Below are positions 48,849-60,578 of a stretch of DNA of 64,000 bases, one piece after another (positions within the stretch are counted from its first letter, which is position 1; each line of letters opens with the position of its first letter). The DNA lies in NCBI GenBank assembly GCA_016840855.1, contig JAEORO010000069.1:32001-96000 (forward strand), in the 5' to 3' direction. The notes beneath the pieces were generated by a model. That model saw nothing but the letters and a program-made list of their open reading frames with translations, made no database searches and was not told the origin of the DNA. The stretch is from Candidatus Thorarchaeota archaeon (lineage in GTDB: Archaea > Asgardarchaeota > Thorarchaeia > Thorarchaeales > Thorarchaeaceae). The translations under genes and the position numbers were made by a program.

Positions 48849-49469
48849 TTGTCTGAAAAATCGAAGTATAATTTCAAATGTTTAGAGAGTAAATGCGAAA
48901 CAAAAGCATGTCATATCAGACCTAGAGTTGGAGTCACTATTGGCGATCTTGCTCGCTGGATGAATCAGGGATATATAATGAATATCCTTCCGGGCATAGC
49001 GATTCACATGCCAGAGTCTGACAAGGACTCATTCTACTTCGAAACAGGTCGGAAGCCTCTAGCAAGTGATTCAGAATCAACTTCATGCATATTTTATAAT
49101 GAACAAGCAAATGCCTGTGAAATAAGATATGGCAGACCAATCTCATGCCAAACATATCCACTCGAATTCAACGGTGAAAAATATACCCTAAGTAGTAAAG
49201 ACTGTCCGGGTGTGGGACAAGGAGATGTGAGTAAGGAGGTACTTCAAGATGCTAGAAAGTTAGCCGAGCAAGAATACAAGGAGCGAATAGAAACCATGGC
49301 AGCACTTCCAGCAGTTTACTCTGTGATGATGAATCAAATGATACGACAGTCAGCGGAAGCGATGCAAAATCTTTCAGAAGAAGACCGCAAGAAGATGGAT
49401 GAAATCATTACAAAATCAAGAGGTGAACCAGCAGCTGAAGAGAGTCCATCTAGTGATCAATCAGAATGA
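48849..49469 (+). CDS. YkgJ / Fe-S cluster (CxxCxxCC-like) family protein
   Basis: FKC...C...C, CIFY....CEI...RP.SC..YP and CPG.G; start placed at TTG after AGGTGA. Confidence 0.75.
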   Translation: MSEKSKYNFKCLESKCETKACHIRPRVGVTIGDLARWMNQGYIMNILPGIAIHMPESDKDSFYFETGRKPLASDSESTSCIFYNEQANACEIRYGRPISCQTYPLEFNGEKYTLSSKDCPGVGQGDVSKEVLQDARKLAEQEYKERIETMAALPAVYSVMMNQMIRQSAEAMQNLSEEDRKKMDEIITKSRGEPAAEESPSSDQSE

Positions 49470-50559
49470 GATCTCGCGGCATGAAGGTTAGTAACTCGGG
49501 TCCATTCTCACGTACACAGATCAATTCCTCAATTCTTATTCCGAATTTCCCTTCCAGATAGATTCCAGGCTCAATACTATGACACATACTAACCTGTAAT
49601 TCTTTTGGACTACCTCTAACTAAGTAGGGAGGTTCATGAACTTCAAGTCCAATTCCATGGCCAAGGCGATGAGTAAAAAATTCACCATATCCAGCATCAT
49701 CAATTACTCTACGCGCGATACCATCAGCAGTTCCACAGGACATTCCTGGTATAATCTGCTTCAGAGCTGTTTCTAATGCTCGAAGCACGGTTGAATACAC
49801 TCGTTCAAGCACATCCGTCGGGTCGCCTGTAACTCCTACTCTGGTCATATCAGTATTATAACCATCTAATGAACAACCGCAATCCATTAGAACCACATCA
49901 CCTTTCCTCAATTCACGGCTACCAGAAACTGCATGCGGAAAAGCACTATTCTCACCAAATTGGACAGCAGCGAATGTAGGAGTAGCTCCTTGACAGCGGA
50001 CTTCATCGTTTACTATCTGCCTCACTTCAATTTCAGTCATTCCCAAGTTTGCTTTCTGAAACGCTCTTTGGACTGCATTACTAATAATTTGACCTGCTTG
50101 TTTCATCAACTGAATCTCACTATCTGATTTCTTAAGGCGCATGGTATCAATAATGGAACTCAATGAGGCGGATTTGTTAAAACCACCTATAGCAGCTTCA
50201 AGTGCCCAATATACGTTGAGGGGAGTATGGTCATCGAATAGGACAGACAACCCTCTGCCCTTTCCTCCAACGAGGTCTGTCACAATTGCATAGGGATCCT
50301 CATCATCCGCCCAAGATACAAACTCATTAATCCAAGTATTGGAACGAAGATTGGAAACTTCGAATGCAGGAGCAATGATTTGTGTTTCTGAGTCTTTCAT
50401 TATCAGAAGAGCAAGGAGTCGTTCATGCATCTCATATTCGAAACCTGTTAAATACTGAAAACTTGGTGAAGGTGTAAGAATGCCAAAATCAAAATTTGAT
50501 GTTTCAAGATGTCTGCGAATTTGTTCGATTCTCTTCTTGTAAATAGATTCATCGAGCAT
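49450..50559 (-). CDS. Xaa-Pro aminopeptidase (M24B)
   Basis: FPH, DCG...GY.TDMTR, HRLGHGIGLEVHE, IEPGIY and GIRIE motifs. Confidence 0.92.
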   Translation of the reverse strand: MLDESIYKKRIEQIRRHLETSNFDFGILTPSPSFQYLTGFEYEMHERLLALLIMKDSETQIIAPAFEVSNLRSNTWINEFVSWADDEDPYAIVTDLVGGKGRGLSVLFDDHTPLNVYWALEAAIGGFNKSASLSSIIDTMRLKKSDSEIQLMKQAGQIISNAVQRAFQKANLGMTEIEVRQIVNDEVRCQGATPTFAAVQFGENSAFPHAVSGSRELRKGDVVLMDCGCSLDGYNTDMTRVGVTGDPTDVLERVYSTVLRALETALKQIIPGMSCGTADGIARRVIDDAGYGEFFTHRLGHGIGLEVHEPPYLVRGSPKELQVSMCHSIEPGIYLEGKFGIRIEELICVRENGPELLTFMPRDLILIDH

Positions 50560-50608
50560 TTGTACGCTCTCACAACCAGAGATATCATAGAACCCTGTCT
50601 ACATAACA

Positions 50609-52066
50609 ATGCCGGTCACATCAATCGGGATTGCAAGAACTACAGTTAATAGGAGGACCAAGAGCCATCGAGAAACAGGAATGACCGAGACCGACCCTCT
50701 AGCAAAGAAGAATGAAGCTCGTCGACTTCCCTCTAGAGTATATCTTGTAGGTGCGCTAACTCAGTTCGGAGTGGGTTTGCATTCGCCATTTCTTCAGGCA
50801 TATCTTATTGATATGCAAGAAGCGCTAAGGGGAGTTCAGAATTTTATTGAACAAGGAGCATTTCGTAGTGTTGGAAATGTTGCACCAACAGTTCTCCAAC
50901 CGGTTTGGGGGGTAGCATCAGATAGAGCAAGGAACACAAGGGCATTTGTTGCATTTGGAACTCTGACAGGACTCCTTGTCGTATACATGTTCTTGTGGGC
51001 ATCAACACCTCTAGAGATGATCATTCTTTATGCCATTCAATCAATCCTCTTCAGTATACAAATACCAACCTGGCTTTCATTAGTTGGAGGATTGATGGAT
51101 GAAACAAACAGAGGCAATGAACTAGGCAAATTGGGTCTAGCAACAAATATTGCGTCACTTTCTGCGACACTAGTTTCAGGGTTCATCGCAGTTTTACCCA
51201 CACTTGCTCCATTCCTTCGAAATCTCTTTGGACCACTTGGTCTACTACTGTTCCCACTTCATATGGATGAACAGGCATTCAGAGTTGCGTATTACGGTCC
51301 ATTTTTCTTCACTGCAGTTGTAGGAATCATCTCATCAGTCTTGTCTTTAACAATCAAAGAACATCCTAAAACTAATGATAAATCTAAGAAATTCCCTCCA
51401 ATCCATCGATTATTATCTCAGCCTGGAGACTTTCGCAGATTTTGCTTCATTGCTGTGTTCTTTTCATTTGCTATGTCTATGGCATGGCCATACTTCATCA
51501 TAGTGCAGAAATCTTGGTTAAATAACACCAATCTCGAAATCGCAATTGCATCAGCAGTTATGACAATATCAATTGTTATATTCACAATGCCATTTGGTCG
51601 ACTTAGTGATAGAGTGGGGAGGAAGCCTTTAATCCTTCTTGGAAGAGGTTTCCTTTTTCTTGTACCTATAATGTACGCATTTGCTCAAAATGTATATTAT
51701 GTCTATGCGGCTAATATTCTCGCTGGGTTTTGTACAGCATCGGGTATGAATGCAATTACTGCGTACATATACGATATTTCACCAGAGGATGAAAGAGCAT
51801 CCCATCTTGCTGTTTATAATACCTTTATTGGAACTGTATATCTTGTTGGTTCATTAATCGCAGGAGTCCTTGGACAGACCATCTTTGAGTTATTTGGAGA
51901 TGCTCGATTTTCAGTCTTCCTTATGCTTATGTTGAGTGGAGTTCTAAGGTTTTTTGCCGCTTTCTTGTATATGTTAATCAAGGAACCAAAGGAGTACTCT
52001 ACTACTTTGTGGCTCGAACTTCGAGCACGTTTACCTGGTAGACGTCATGATGCAGATTTCGTTTAG
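50609..52066 (+). CDS. MFS transporter
   Basis: WG..SDR and FGRLSDRVGRKP motifs; about 12 TM; true start probably near 50681. Confidence 0.88.
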   Translation: MPVTSIGIARTTVNRRTKSHRETGMTETDPLAKKNEARRLPSRVYLVGALTQFGVGLHSPFLQAYLIDMQEALRGVQNFIEQGAFRSVGNVAPTVLQPVWGVASDRARNTRAFVAFGTLTGLLVVYMFLWASTPLEMIILYAIQSILFSIQIPTWLSLVGGLMDETNRGNELGKLGLATNIASLSATLVSGFIAVLPTLAPFLRNLFGPLGLLLFPLHMDEQAFRVAYYGPFFFTAVVGIISSVLSLTIKEHPKTNDKSKKFPPIHRLLSQPGDFRRFCFIAVFFSFAMSMAWPYFIIVQKSWLNNTNLEIAIASAVMTISIVIFTMPFGRLSDRVGRKPLILLGRGFLFLVPIMYAFAQNVYYVYAANILAGFCTASGMNAITAYIYDISPEDERASHLAVYNTFIGTVYLVGSLIAGVLGQTIFELFGDARFSVFLMLMLSGVLRFFAAFLYMLIKEPKEYSTTLWLELRARLPGRRHDADFV

Positions 52067-52133
52067 AATAGGATAGACTTAAGGAGATGTAGTAGAATCC
52101 TCATCGCCGAACAATTGAGAGGATTGCATTAGA

Positions 52134-52487
52134 TTGGAGAAAGAGCCCAGCTTTGAAGATAGTTGGAAGATAGAAATAAGAAGAGGCATTCTTCAATATG
52201 CAGTTCTTGCCATCGTAAATCGCCATGAGAAGGGAATACATGGTTATGGGATTGCGCGTGAACTTGAGGAGAAAACTGATGGTCTCCTTCAAGTTAAGGA
52301 GGGGACTCTTTACCCAATACTTCACCGGCTTCGGAAAGAAAGACTATTGAATGTGCATTCGGAAAAATCTGAATCAGGGCCTAGCAGGAAGGTGTATGTC
52401 CTGACGGGAGAGGGAGACCGCGTTTTTCGTCAGTTGACTGTTCTTGTTGGGGACATCTTTGAAAAATTGGAGGCGCTCAAGAAATGA
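52134..52487 (+). CDS. PadR family transcriptional regulator
   Basis: RRG.L..AVL, HGY.I, EGTLYP.LHRL and RKVY.LT..G motifs. Confidence 0.9.
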   Translation: MEKEPSFEDSWKIEIRRGILQYAVLAIVNRHEKGIHGYGIARELEEKTDGLLQVKEGTLYPILHRLRKERLLNVHSEKSESGPSRKVYVLTGEGDRVFRQLTVLVGDIFEKLEALKK

Positions 52488-52930
52488 GTGAAAATGATAT
52501 CGATCGTGTAATTGAGAAATACTTGAAGAGGATTACTAAACTATTACCAGATAGTTTTGAAACAGAGGATCTTCTAGATGATTTGAGGTCTCACATCTTT
52601 GAATCTTACAGAGTGAAAACAGAAAAGAGTCCGGATGAGGATAAGCAGATCCTGATTGCTGAGGTGCTTGAGGAATTAGGTTCTCCTGAGGAAATTGCCA
52701 ATGAATATGGTCAGGAGCAGGTTAAGAAAGATGAGGAAAAGAGCACGAGTGATAAATGGATATATTATACAATGCGTCTAGCTTTAGCAGTACTTGTAGT
52801 GGTCTTAGCATCATGGGCAGCTTCTATCATTACTGGAGGCGCAGTAGACTTTATGCTAGCAGTCATTGTTTTGCTTGCTTTTGCTGTTCTTGAGTGGTTA
52901 GTTAGGACACAACAAACAAAGGATGCTTAA
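52484..52930 (+). CDS. HAAS/DUF1700-like membrane protein (PadR partner)
   Basis: YL..I...L......L.SHI....LGSPEEIA..Y followed by two TM helices. Confidence 0.75.
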   Translation: MSENDIDRVIEKYLKRITKLLPDSFETEDLLDDLRSHIFESYRVKTEKSPDEDKQILIAEVLEELGSPEEIANEYGQEQVKKDEEKSTSDKWIYYTMRLALAVLVVVLASWAASIITGGAVDFMLAVIVLLAFAVLEWLVRTQQTKDA

Positions 52931-52932
52931 TC

Positions 52933-53502
52933 ATGCCTGTAAAAACATTTTACTTCGATAATGCGTCTCCGAACCATACGGAAAAGGTTCTAACAATAGT
53001 TAGAGAGCATCTCATCGAGAATCCTGCTATTGAATATGTTGTTGCTGCAACAACTGAAGGTGCTACTGGTATTGCAGCAGCCAAAGAATTCACAGATAAG
53101 AAGGTAGTAGTTGTATCACATCAAACTGGATTCGCAATCGAGAATAAGAACGAGCTCAGTGATGAAAATAAACAAGAAATTGAAAAGTTTGGAGCAAAGG
53201 TACTAACTGCAACGCACGCTTTTGCTGGCGTCGCTCGGAGCTTTAGAAAAGAATTAGGTACTTGGATGACTACTGAAATCGTTGCTGTGGCTTTGAAAAC
53301 TTTCGGTCAAGGGACGAAGGTTTGTGCAGAGATTGCCATGATGGCAGCAGACGCAGGCTTGGTCCCCGTTAACAAAGATATTGTATGTGTCGCGGGGACG
53401 GGGAGAGGAGCAGATACTGCATGGTTAATTAGAGCTGCATACTCTCACAAATTTCCTAAAATGAGAATGAAAGCCTGCTTGTGCAAACCTATAGAATTCT
53501 AA
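52933..53502 (+). CDS. Pyruvate kinase C-terminal-like conserved archaeal protein
   Basis: [32 protein letters not shown] and GTGRGADTA motifs. Confidence 0.85.
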   Translation: MPVKTFYFDNASPNHTEKVLTIVREHLIENPAIEYVVAATTEGATGIAAAKEFTDKKVVVVSHQTGFAIENKNELSDENKQEIEKFGAKVLTATHAFAGVARSFRKELGTWMTTEIVAVALKTFGQGTKVCAEIAMMAADAGLVPVNKDIVCVAGTGRGADTAWLIRAAYSHKFPKMRMKACLCKPIEF

Positions 53503-54539
53503 CTGAATAAATCATGAAATCGAGAGAGATACTCTTTCTGTTCCTTATTGATTTTCTGAGGAATGTGAATGTTCACTCTAACAAGCTGATCTCCACTCCG
53601 ACCATCCTCGGTATGGACACCTTTGCCCTTCATGCGGAAGAGGGTTCCGCCTCCAGTACCTTGTTTTACTTTAATCATACTATTTCCCCACATTGTTGGT
53701 ACTTCAACATCTCCGCCTAAAACTGCTACTGAGAAGGGGATGTCAGTTTCAAGGTAGACATGAAGACCTCTTCTTACAAAGAGCTTGTGGGTTTCCACTG
53801 AGAACATAAGAATGAGATCTCCTGGAGGACCACCTCGAGCACCAAAATTACCTCCACCTTGGATGCGTATCCCCTGTCCATCTTCTATTCCAGGAGGTAT
53901 AGGAACTGTGGTTTCTTTCCGTTCATCTTGCAGTCCCGCCCCCTTGCATTTGGGGCATGGCGTATCAATTGATTCTCCAAGTCCATGACAGGTTGGACAT
54001 GTCTGCGCAACACTCATGAACCCACCCATTGACCTCACAACTTGCCCCTGACCATTGCAGGTCCTGCACGTTATAGGCGCAGTACCGGGTTTGGCTCCAC
54101 TTCCGCCACAATTCTCACAACTGACCTTTCTTTTGAAAGCAATCTCCTTTTCAGTCCCAAAGAATGCTTCATCAAAACTTAATTTGATTGTCATTCGTAA
54201 CGTTTGACCAGGAGATGGACCCGCTCTTCCTCTTCGTCCAAAGCCGATATCGCCAAACCCTCCAAATCCACGAAATAGAGAACTAAAGATATCTCCAAAC
54301 CCATCCATGTTAATACCTTGAAAATCTGCAGTACCGTAACGATCGTAGTTTGCACGTTTCTCAGAATCACTTAAGACATCGTAGGCTTCATTGATTCGTT
54401 TCAGTTTCTCCTCTGCGTTTTTGTCAGGATTGCGATCTGGATGATACTGTTTGGCTAGACGACGATATGCTTTCCTTATTTCATCCTGGGTTGCACTTCG
54501 ATTTACACCCAGAATGTCATAATAATCATCTTCTGCCAT
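53499..54539 (-). CDS. dnaJ: Chaperone DnaJ
   Basis: J-domain HPD, G/F region and four CxxCxGxG repeats. Confidence 0.96.
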   Translation of the reverse strand: MAEDDYYDILGVNRSATQDEIRKAYRRLAKQYHPDRNPDKNAEEKLKRINEAYDVLSDSEKRANYDRYGTADFQGINMDGFGDIFSSLFRGFGGFGDIGFGRRGRAGPSPGQTLRMTIKLSFDEAFFGTEKEIAFKRKVSCENCGGSGAKPGTAPITCRTCNGQGQVVRSMGGFMSVAQTCPTCHGLGESIDTPCPKCKGAGLQDERKETTVPIPPGIEDGQGIRIQGGGNFGARGGPPGDLILMFSVETHKLFVRRGLHVYLETDIPFSVAVLGGDVEVPTMWGNSMIKVKQGTGGGTLFRMKGKGVHTEDGRSGDQLVRVNIHIPQKINKEQKEYLSRFHDLFS

Positions 54540-54562
54540 AGAGTATCACCCATGATTTGGTA

Positions 54563-56452
54563 CTATTCTAAATCTTCAAAGTCAACATCCACAACATCTT
54601 CATCATCTTCTTTTGATGCTTGTCCAGATGTTGAATCAGTGGCTCCAGCACTAGCCATCGTGCTTGGATCAAATCCCATGGTGCCGGGTCCTGCAGGTCC
54701 TGGTCCTGCACTTGCATATACCTTTTCAGAAATCTTGTAGATAATCTGCTGGAGTTCATTGGTGCCGGATTTCATTTTCTCAAGATTGTCAGACTCTATT
54801 GCTTTTTGCAACTCAGCTGCTTTAGTCTCAAATTCCTTCTTAAGATCCTTAGGTACTTTGTCACCTAAGTCCTTGAGAAGCTTCTGACCCTGATAGATCA
54901 TTTGGTCAGCATCATTCCTAGTTTGAACAGCATCCTGACGCTTTGCATCGTCCTCAGCATATTTCTCTGCATCCTTAACCATTCGTTCCACATCTTGGTC
55001 CGAGAGATTGGTACTTGCAGTGATTGTAATAGATTGCTCATTTCCTGTTGCTGTGTCTTTAGCTTTGACGTTAGCTATTCCATTTGCATCGATATCAAAT
55101 GTAACTTCAATCTGAGGTGTAGCTCGTGGAGCCGGAGGTATACCTACGAGCTGGAATCGTCCTAAGGTCATATTATCAGCAGCCATTTTTCGCTCACCCT
55201 GAACAACATGAATATCAACAGCTGTTTGACCATCAGCTGCAGTTGTGAACATCTTGCTCTTTCTAGTTGGAATAGTTGTGTTCCGATCAATGAGAGGTGT
55301 AGCAATGCCTCCTAAAGTTTCGATGCTGAGTGTGAGTGGGGTCACATCCAGTAGCAGAATATCTTTGACAGATCCAGACAAAACTCCAGCTTGTGCGGCA
55401 GCCCCAAGAGCCACACACTCATCTGGATTGATGCTTTTGTCACCTTCTTTTCCAAACAGATCGCGAATGACATTCTGAATCATTGGCATACGTGTAGCTC
55501 CACCTACCAATAGAATCTTGTTGATTTGTTCAGGTTCGAGTTTTGCATCTCCGAGAGCTTGCCGTATTGGACCAATAGTGGCGTCAACCAAATCATCTGT
55601 CATTTTTTCAAATTGCGAACGGGTTATATCTAAATTGAGGTGTTTGGCACCACTTGCATCTGCTGTGATATATGGCAGATTAATGTTTGTCTTCATCACA
55701 GTTGAGAGTTCAATCTTTGCTTGTTCAGCAGCATCACGAACTCTTTGCATTGCTGAGAGATCTTTGGATAAATCAACACCAGTTTGATTCGTGAACTCAT
55801 CAACCATCCAATTGATTATTCGATTGTCCCAATCATCTCCTCCAAGTTGTGTATTTCCACTTGTTGAAAGAACTTCATATACAACCTCGCCTTCAACTGC
55901 GCCGATGTCCAAGATTGAAACATCAAATGTACCTCCTCCTAGGTCATAGACTAGGACTTTTACCTCCTTGCTTTTATCAAGACCATAGGCCAACGCGGAG
56001 GCTGTAGGTTCATTCACAATCCGTTCAACTTCAAATCCAGCTATTTTTCCAGCGTCTTTTGTGGCTTGTCTTTGACTATCATTGAAATAAGCAGGTACGG
56101 TGATCACAGCTTTTTGTATTGACTCACCAAGAAATGCTTCAGCATCGTTCTTCATCTTTTTCAAGATCATAGCTGAGATTTCCTGAGGAGTATATTCTTT
56201 ATCACCAATCTTAACCGTGTAATCCTGCCCCATCTTCCGTTTTATTGATCGAACAGTGCGGTCAGGCATTGATACTGCCTGTCGCTTTGCCAGCTCTCCA
56301 ACGATGATTTCACCATTTGGAGTAATTCCAACGACTGATGGAGTCAAACGCTTCCCTTCAGCATTTGGGATTATAGTTGGTTTTCCACCTTCCATATAGG
56401 CAATACCACTATTCGTTGTCCCCAAATCTATTCCAACAATTTTACCAGCCAT
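54563..56452 (-). CDS. dnaK: Chaperone DnaK (Hsp70)
   Basis: [25 protein letters not shown] and LLLDVTPL motifs. Confidence 0.98.
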   Translation of the reverse strand: MAGKIVGIDLGTTNSGIAYMEGGKPTIIPNAEGKRLTPSVVGITPNGEIIVGELAKRQAVSMPDRTVRSIKRKMGQDYTVKIGDKEYTPQEISAMILKKMKNDAEAFLGESIQKAVITVPAYFNDSQRQATKDAGKIAGFEVERIVNEPTASALAYGLDKSKEVKVLVYDLGGGTFDVSILDIGAVEGEVVYEVLSTSGNTQLGGDDWDNRIINWMVDEFTNQTGVDLSKDLSAMQRVRDAAEQAKIELSTVMKTNINLPYITADASGAKHLNLDITRSQFEKMTDDLVDATIGPIRQALGDAKLEPEQINKILLVGGATRMPMIQNVIRDLFGKEGDKSINPDECVALGAAAQAGVLSGSVKDILLLDVTPLTLSIETLGGIATPLIDRNTTIPTRKSKMFTTAADGQTAVDIHVVQGERKMAADNMTLGRFQLVGIPPAPRATPQIEVTFDIDANGIANVKAKDTATGNEQSITITASTNLSDQDVERMVKDAEKYAEDDAKRQDAVQTRNDADQMIYQGQKLLKDLGDKVPKDLKKEFETKAAELQKAIESDNLEKMKSGTNELQQIIYKISEKVYASAGPGPAGPGTMGFDPSTMASAGATDSTSGQASKEDDEDVVDVDFEDLE

Positions 56453-56454
56453 TT

Positions 56455-57066
56455 CTATTCACCACTTTTTTCATCATCTAAATTTTCTTCAGCACTTATT
56501 TTGACAGCAGGGACATCATGACGATTCACACAGACAACAGCAGGACGCAAAACTTTCTCTTTTAACATGTATCCTCTCTGATATTCCTTGAGAATTATTC
56601 CATCCGGTTTCTCTGGATCGTTCATCCTTTGTACAGCATGCTGATAATAAGGATCGAACTCTTTCCCAATAGAGTCTATAGGACGTACTCCTTCCATTGA
56701 TAAGACCTTGCTAATCTGCTGTTCAATTGCACTTATTCCAGTCCTTGCTGCGTGTGGATCATTCGCGAAATCTAACTCAAGTGCTCGCAGAATGTTATCA
56801 TAAATACCAAGAACTTTCAAGAGGATCTCTTCACTTGCAAACTTGGCTGCTTCCGAAAATCGTGCATCCATTCGCTTCCTATAGTTATCGAATTCTGCTT
56901 GTAGTCTCTGAAGTCTATCAAGAAGATCACTCGATTTTTCACACTCTTCATCAATCTGTGAGAGAAGAGGGTCTTCGGGAGAAAGTTCAATGGTGTCATT
57001 ATTTTCTAGATCATCGTCAGATAAATCCAATTCAATCTCATGATCTTTCTCGTTATTATCCTTCAT
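56455..57066 (-). CDS. grpE: Nucleotide exchange factor GrpE
   Basis: [21 protein letters not shown] and QRGY.L...VLRPA.V motifs. Confidence 0.95.
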   Translation of the reverse strand: MKDNNEKDHEIELDLSDDDLENNDTIELSPEDPLLSQIDEECEKSSDLLDRLQRLQAEFDNYRKRMDARFSEAAKFASEEILLKVLGIYDNILRALELDFANDPHAARTGISAIEQQISKVLSMEGVRPIDSIGKEFDPYYQHAVQRMNDPEKPDGIILKEYQRGYMLKEKVLRPAVVCVNRHDVPAVKISAEENLDDEKSGE

Positions 57067-57270
57067 TCTACAGTCACACTGCCTAGTCCTAGTTTGCACT
57101 GACTGACAAATCATGCAGAAAGGGATCGTAATTGAGGGACTGATTCGATGTTTCAGCTCCCCTTGGTGACTTGGACCATTCCGTATCTAAATAAAGAAAA
57201 ACCTTTCGACATGGTAAAATTTGAAATAACCGAAAACAAAATCAAGGGGATTTTCTCGATTTCAAACAAC

Positions 57271-58017
57271 ATGCTAGACCCTGAGGATTTGAAACACGCA
57301 AAGCAACTAATAGCTAAGAGCACGAGAATAATCGCTTTCACAGGGGCAGGTATTAGTGTTGACTCAGGCATTCCGGATTTCCGATCTGAGGGAGGTCTTT
57401 GGGAACGATATGACCCTCATGAGTATGCAACTATTGAAAGCTTCATGCAAAACCCTACGAAATTTTGGACAATGGGTCGGGAACTGGTTGAAACGATACT
57501 CAAAGCTAAACCTAATGCAGCCCACAAAGCTCTCGCCAAGCTTGAAGCGGAAGGGAAACTAATTGGTGTGATAACTCAGAACATCGATAATTTACACCAA
57601 GCAGCTGGAAATAGAAATGTTGTTGAGCTACACGGGAATTATCTCCGCGCATACTGCATTGAATGTAATGCAGAATATGTAGGTGAAACAATACACCAGA
57701 GTGTTGCAAATGGTGAAATTCCACCTAGATGCGAAAAGTGTGCCGGAGTTCTAAAATCAGAGGCCATCTTATTTGGAGAACCGTTGCCAGAGATACCAAT
57801 GTCAAAAGCCATTGAGATGTGTCGTGATACTGACCTAATGCTTGTCATTGGGACAAGTCTCTCTGTGTATCCTGCAGCTTTTTTGCCCCAGCTCGCCAAG
57901 AACTCAGGTGCGAAGATCATTCTAGTAAATCTCGAAGGATTGAACCGTGATTCTGTAGCTGATATTGTCTTGAGAGGACGTGCATCAGATATTATACCTA
58001 AAATAGTAGATCACTAG
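57271..58017 (+). CDS. cobB: NAD-dependent protein deacylase (sirtuin)
   Basis: TGAGIS.DSGIPDFR, TQNIDNLH, ELHG, two CxxC pairs and GTSL.VYPAA. Confidence 0.94.
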   Translation: MLDPEDLKHAKQLIAKSTRIIAFTGAGISVDSGIPDFRSEGGLWERYDPHEYATIESFMQNPTKFWTMGRELVETILKAKPNAAHKALAKLEAEGKLIGVITQNIDNLHQAAGNRNVVELHGNYLRAYCIECNAEYVGETIHQSVANGEIPPRCEKCAGVLKSEAILFGEPLPEIPMSKAIEMCRDTDLMLVIGTSLSVYPAAFLPQLAKNSGAKIILVNLEGLNRDSVADIVLRGRASDIIPKIVDH

Positions 58018-58349
58018 GAAAGCAATGTATAAGCAAACCAAGAATAGACTCCAAGCACTCCTGGTATGACTATGACTGACAGGAAGATCGTAATAACTCC
58101 AAGGATGTATTGATTGTTGTCCATCATCCATAAACCCAGATACGAGAAAGCATAGGATATGACACATGTTGTGAATCCCAATAGAATGACAGGGAGAAGA
58201 GGTACCGCAATTGCGAGGTATCCTCCTGCTTGCGACCAAAGAACACCTCCGATTCTCAAAATAACAAAAAAACCTCTAACAGCTAGATACACGATAACTG
58301 ACACAAAAATACCAACATGAGAAAACTGTAAGCGTGCAGGAACGTACAT
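58014..58349 (-). CDS. Small membrane protein
   Basis: Three hydrophobic segments; start uncertain. Confidence 0.5.
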   Translation of the reverse strand: MYVPARLQFSHVGIFVSVIVYLAVRGFFVILRIGGVLWSQAGGYLAIAVPLLPVILLGFTTCVISYAFSYLGLWMMDNNQYILGVITIFLSVIVIPGVLGVYSWFAYTLLS

Positions 58350-58411
58350 ATTCGATTCGGCGCACTATTGTTATTAGTTCCTTTTTACGCTTTCTAAATC
58401 GGATAAAGCGA

Positions 58412-59425
58412 ATGTCTAAATCGGAACAAGGAATTCGTGAAAACCTAATGATAGATACGTCTTGGAAACTCGCAAGCATTGGGCAACTATCTATTCTTCT
58501 CGAGGCAAGTTCGCCAAAACCCGGAAACGTGAATAGACAATTCGGATTCTCAGATACAGATTATAGGCACTTCCTTGCAAGTGCCTCACTAATGGGAAGA
58601 GGTCTTCACCTTAGTGCCTCCAGAGGAGAAGCGCTAGCTGGTGGACAGTTGAATCCATCCAAACTTAGAATCGGAGAATTAATTCATCTCAGTACCTTGG
58701 ACACATTTACAGGTATTAACAAAAGGAATACAATACTTGGCACAATTCTTCTCTACGTTCCACTCATCATAGCAACAAGTGCATCAATCACAGAAAATGG
58801 ATGTTTTTCAATACAGGATTTACAAAACTGGTTGAGGAGGATTACAGAGAATACATCAGTAGAGGACACACGGAATCTATACAAAGCATTCCATCTAGTA
58901 AGATCAACAAATCCCAGAGCTGAAAGCTCAGCAAGTTGGACAGAAACTCATAGCAGGTATGATATCGATAATCCTCGTGTATTAGCGAATATTATTGAAG
59001 ATGAGCTGACTCTTTATGAGCTTTTCAAGCTATCAGCGGAAGTTGATGAGATTAGTAGTGAATGGGCTAATAATTTCGATTTGACTATCACCAAAGTTTT
59101 TCCATATCTCGATAATATAACTGATAATCTTGAGAACTTGGAGGAGGGAATTGTACAAACATTTGTTTGGTTACTTTCATTACGACCTGATGGGCTCATT
59201 GTGAAAAAAGCAGGCATTAAGCGAGCTGAGAATGTCAGGAAATTAGCTGAAAGGACAATGAATGCCTGGAATCATGATACTGGCTCACTTGAGTTAATGA
59301 AGAAGTTGGATGATGAGTTGCGTAGAGAGGGAAATGTTTTGAATCCAGGAACAACAGCGGATCTTGTATCAGCAGGTATCTTCTGCAAACTTGTTGCACT
59401 TGATTTTTCGCGAGAACTACCCTAG
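58412..59425 (+). CDS. citG: Triphosphoribosyl-dephospho-CoA synthase (CitG family)
   Basis: LEAS.PKPGNV, NT.LG.ILL..P and NPGTTADL motifs. Confidence 0.85.
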   Translation: MSKSEQGIRENLMIDTSWKLASIGQLSILLEASSPKPGNVNRQFGFSDTDYRHFLASASLMGRGLHLSASRGEALAGGQLNPSKLRIGELIHLSTLDTFTGINKRNTILGTILLYVPLIIATSASITENGCFSIQDLQNWLRRITENTSVEDTRNLYKAFHLVRSTNPRAESSASWTETHSRYDIDNPRVLANIIEDELTLYELFKLSAEVDEISSEWANNFDLTITKVFPYLDNITDNLENLEEGIVQTFVWLLSLRPDGLIVKKAGIKRAENVRKLAERTMNAWNHDTGSLELMKKLDDELRREGNVLNPGTTADLVSAGIFCKLVALDFSRELP

Positions 59426-59602
59426 AATCCCACTATAAACGACTACTGCAATAATGAATAGTATAGCAGCAGATGGGATAAGCATCATCATACCTTCTTG
59501 TCGTTTCCGTAACCGAACTTCATTTCTTGGACCAAAATAATATGCCAAAAGAAGAAACACTCCAAGAATAATCAAGAAAGCCGCAAGTCCTTCATGAGCC
59601 AT
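59417..59602 (-). CDS. Small two-TM membrane protein
   Basis: 61 aa; two hydrophobic helices flanking a basic loop. Confidence 0.65.
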   Translation of the reverse strand: MAHEGLAAFLIILGVFLLLAYYFGPRNEVRLRKRQEGMMMLIPSAAILFIIAVVVYSGILG

Positions 59603-59735
59603 AAAATATCGCCTGCCAGGGTCATTTCATTTCTTGTTATTAACATAATCATATTATTTCCTATCAGGATTTAAAGGTGGAATAGCTCGTTCAATAAATA
59701 GATAGCACAAGGAAAATTCATGTGTTGAAAATATT

Positions 59736-60002
59736 TTACACAAGAACTTGTCTGAAAACATGTTCAAACTTCATGCGTAATTCTCGAGCTCGTTCTACAT
59801 CAGCGGCATATAATGGCTGACGCATATCAGTAAGATTTGGTATTTTCTTGCATAGCTTTTGACCCATTAGTTTTCTTAAAGCAAAACTAACAGTTCTTGG
59901 TGCAAGGTCAACTCTACTGCTGATATCTTTAGGAGTCATAGGACCTTCGGTAGTCAATCTGTCCAAAACAATTATTGCACTGCGGGGTAGCTCAATGGAC
60001 AT
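59736..60002 (-). CDS. Winged-helix DNA-binding protein, paralog 2
   Basis: LP.SA..VL..L..EGPMTPK.I...V.LAPRT.SFALR.L.....PNL.DMRQP.Y. Confidence 0.8.
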   Translation of the reverse strand: MSIELPRSAIIVLDRLTTEGPMTPKDISSRVDLAPRTVSFALRKLMGQKLCKKIPNLTDMRQPLYAADVERARELRMKFEHVFRQVLV

Positions 60003-60151
60003 GGAATCTGTACCATCCCGTATTTTGTGGTCCTTTCTGTTCCCACATAATATTTGCACGGAGTAATTAATAAAGAAACGCTTTACAGCAGTTTTATCAA
60101 ATTGGAATAGCTACTCAAAAATGAGATGCCTAAATTACTCATTTTCATGTA

Positions 60152-60454
60152 CTAGTGAGTGAAAGAGTGACCAGATGGCCTAAAGGAAGATGATATTTGT
60201 GAGATCAGACCTGAGTCAAACCGAAGCTGGAGTTCTTTGACTCGATCCATATTGATATGATAGATTGGTTGACGCATGTCTGCCAGATTGGGTGTCTTTC
60301 GAATTACACGTTCACGAACGAGAGTTCTAAGTGCAAAAGAAATCGTGCGAGGCGCGAGCCCTACCTTTTCAATGATGGTCTTTGGAGTCATTGGTCCCTC
60401 GGCTGCAAGGCTGCCAAGGACTAAAATCGCACTGTTTGGAAGCTCCATAGACAT
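60152..60454 (-). CDS. Winged-helix DNA-binding protein, paralog 1
   Basis: Same motif string as the adjacent paralog. Confidence 0.8.
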   Translation of the reverse strand: MSMELPNSAILVLGSLAAEGPMTPKTIIEKVGLAPRTISFALRTLVRERVIRKTPNLADMRQPIYHINMDRVKELQLRFDSGLISQISSSFRPSGHSFTH

Positions 60455-60578
60455 CTGCAACTCACAATCCTACGGCATTGATAAATTCAAAATTTGAATA
60501 TAAGCAGTCTGTTCTAAGCATGATTCAGTTACACATTCCTGTATAATAGGATTCAAGAACTCCGAAAGTAAATCGAAA

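Noticed and set aside
53499-57066. Bacterial-type grpE-dnaK-dnaJ as evidence of contamination or novelty
   Set aside because: This operon is well known in many archaea and sits contiguously among archaeal genes here.
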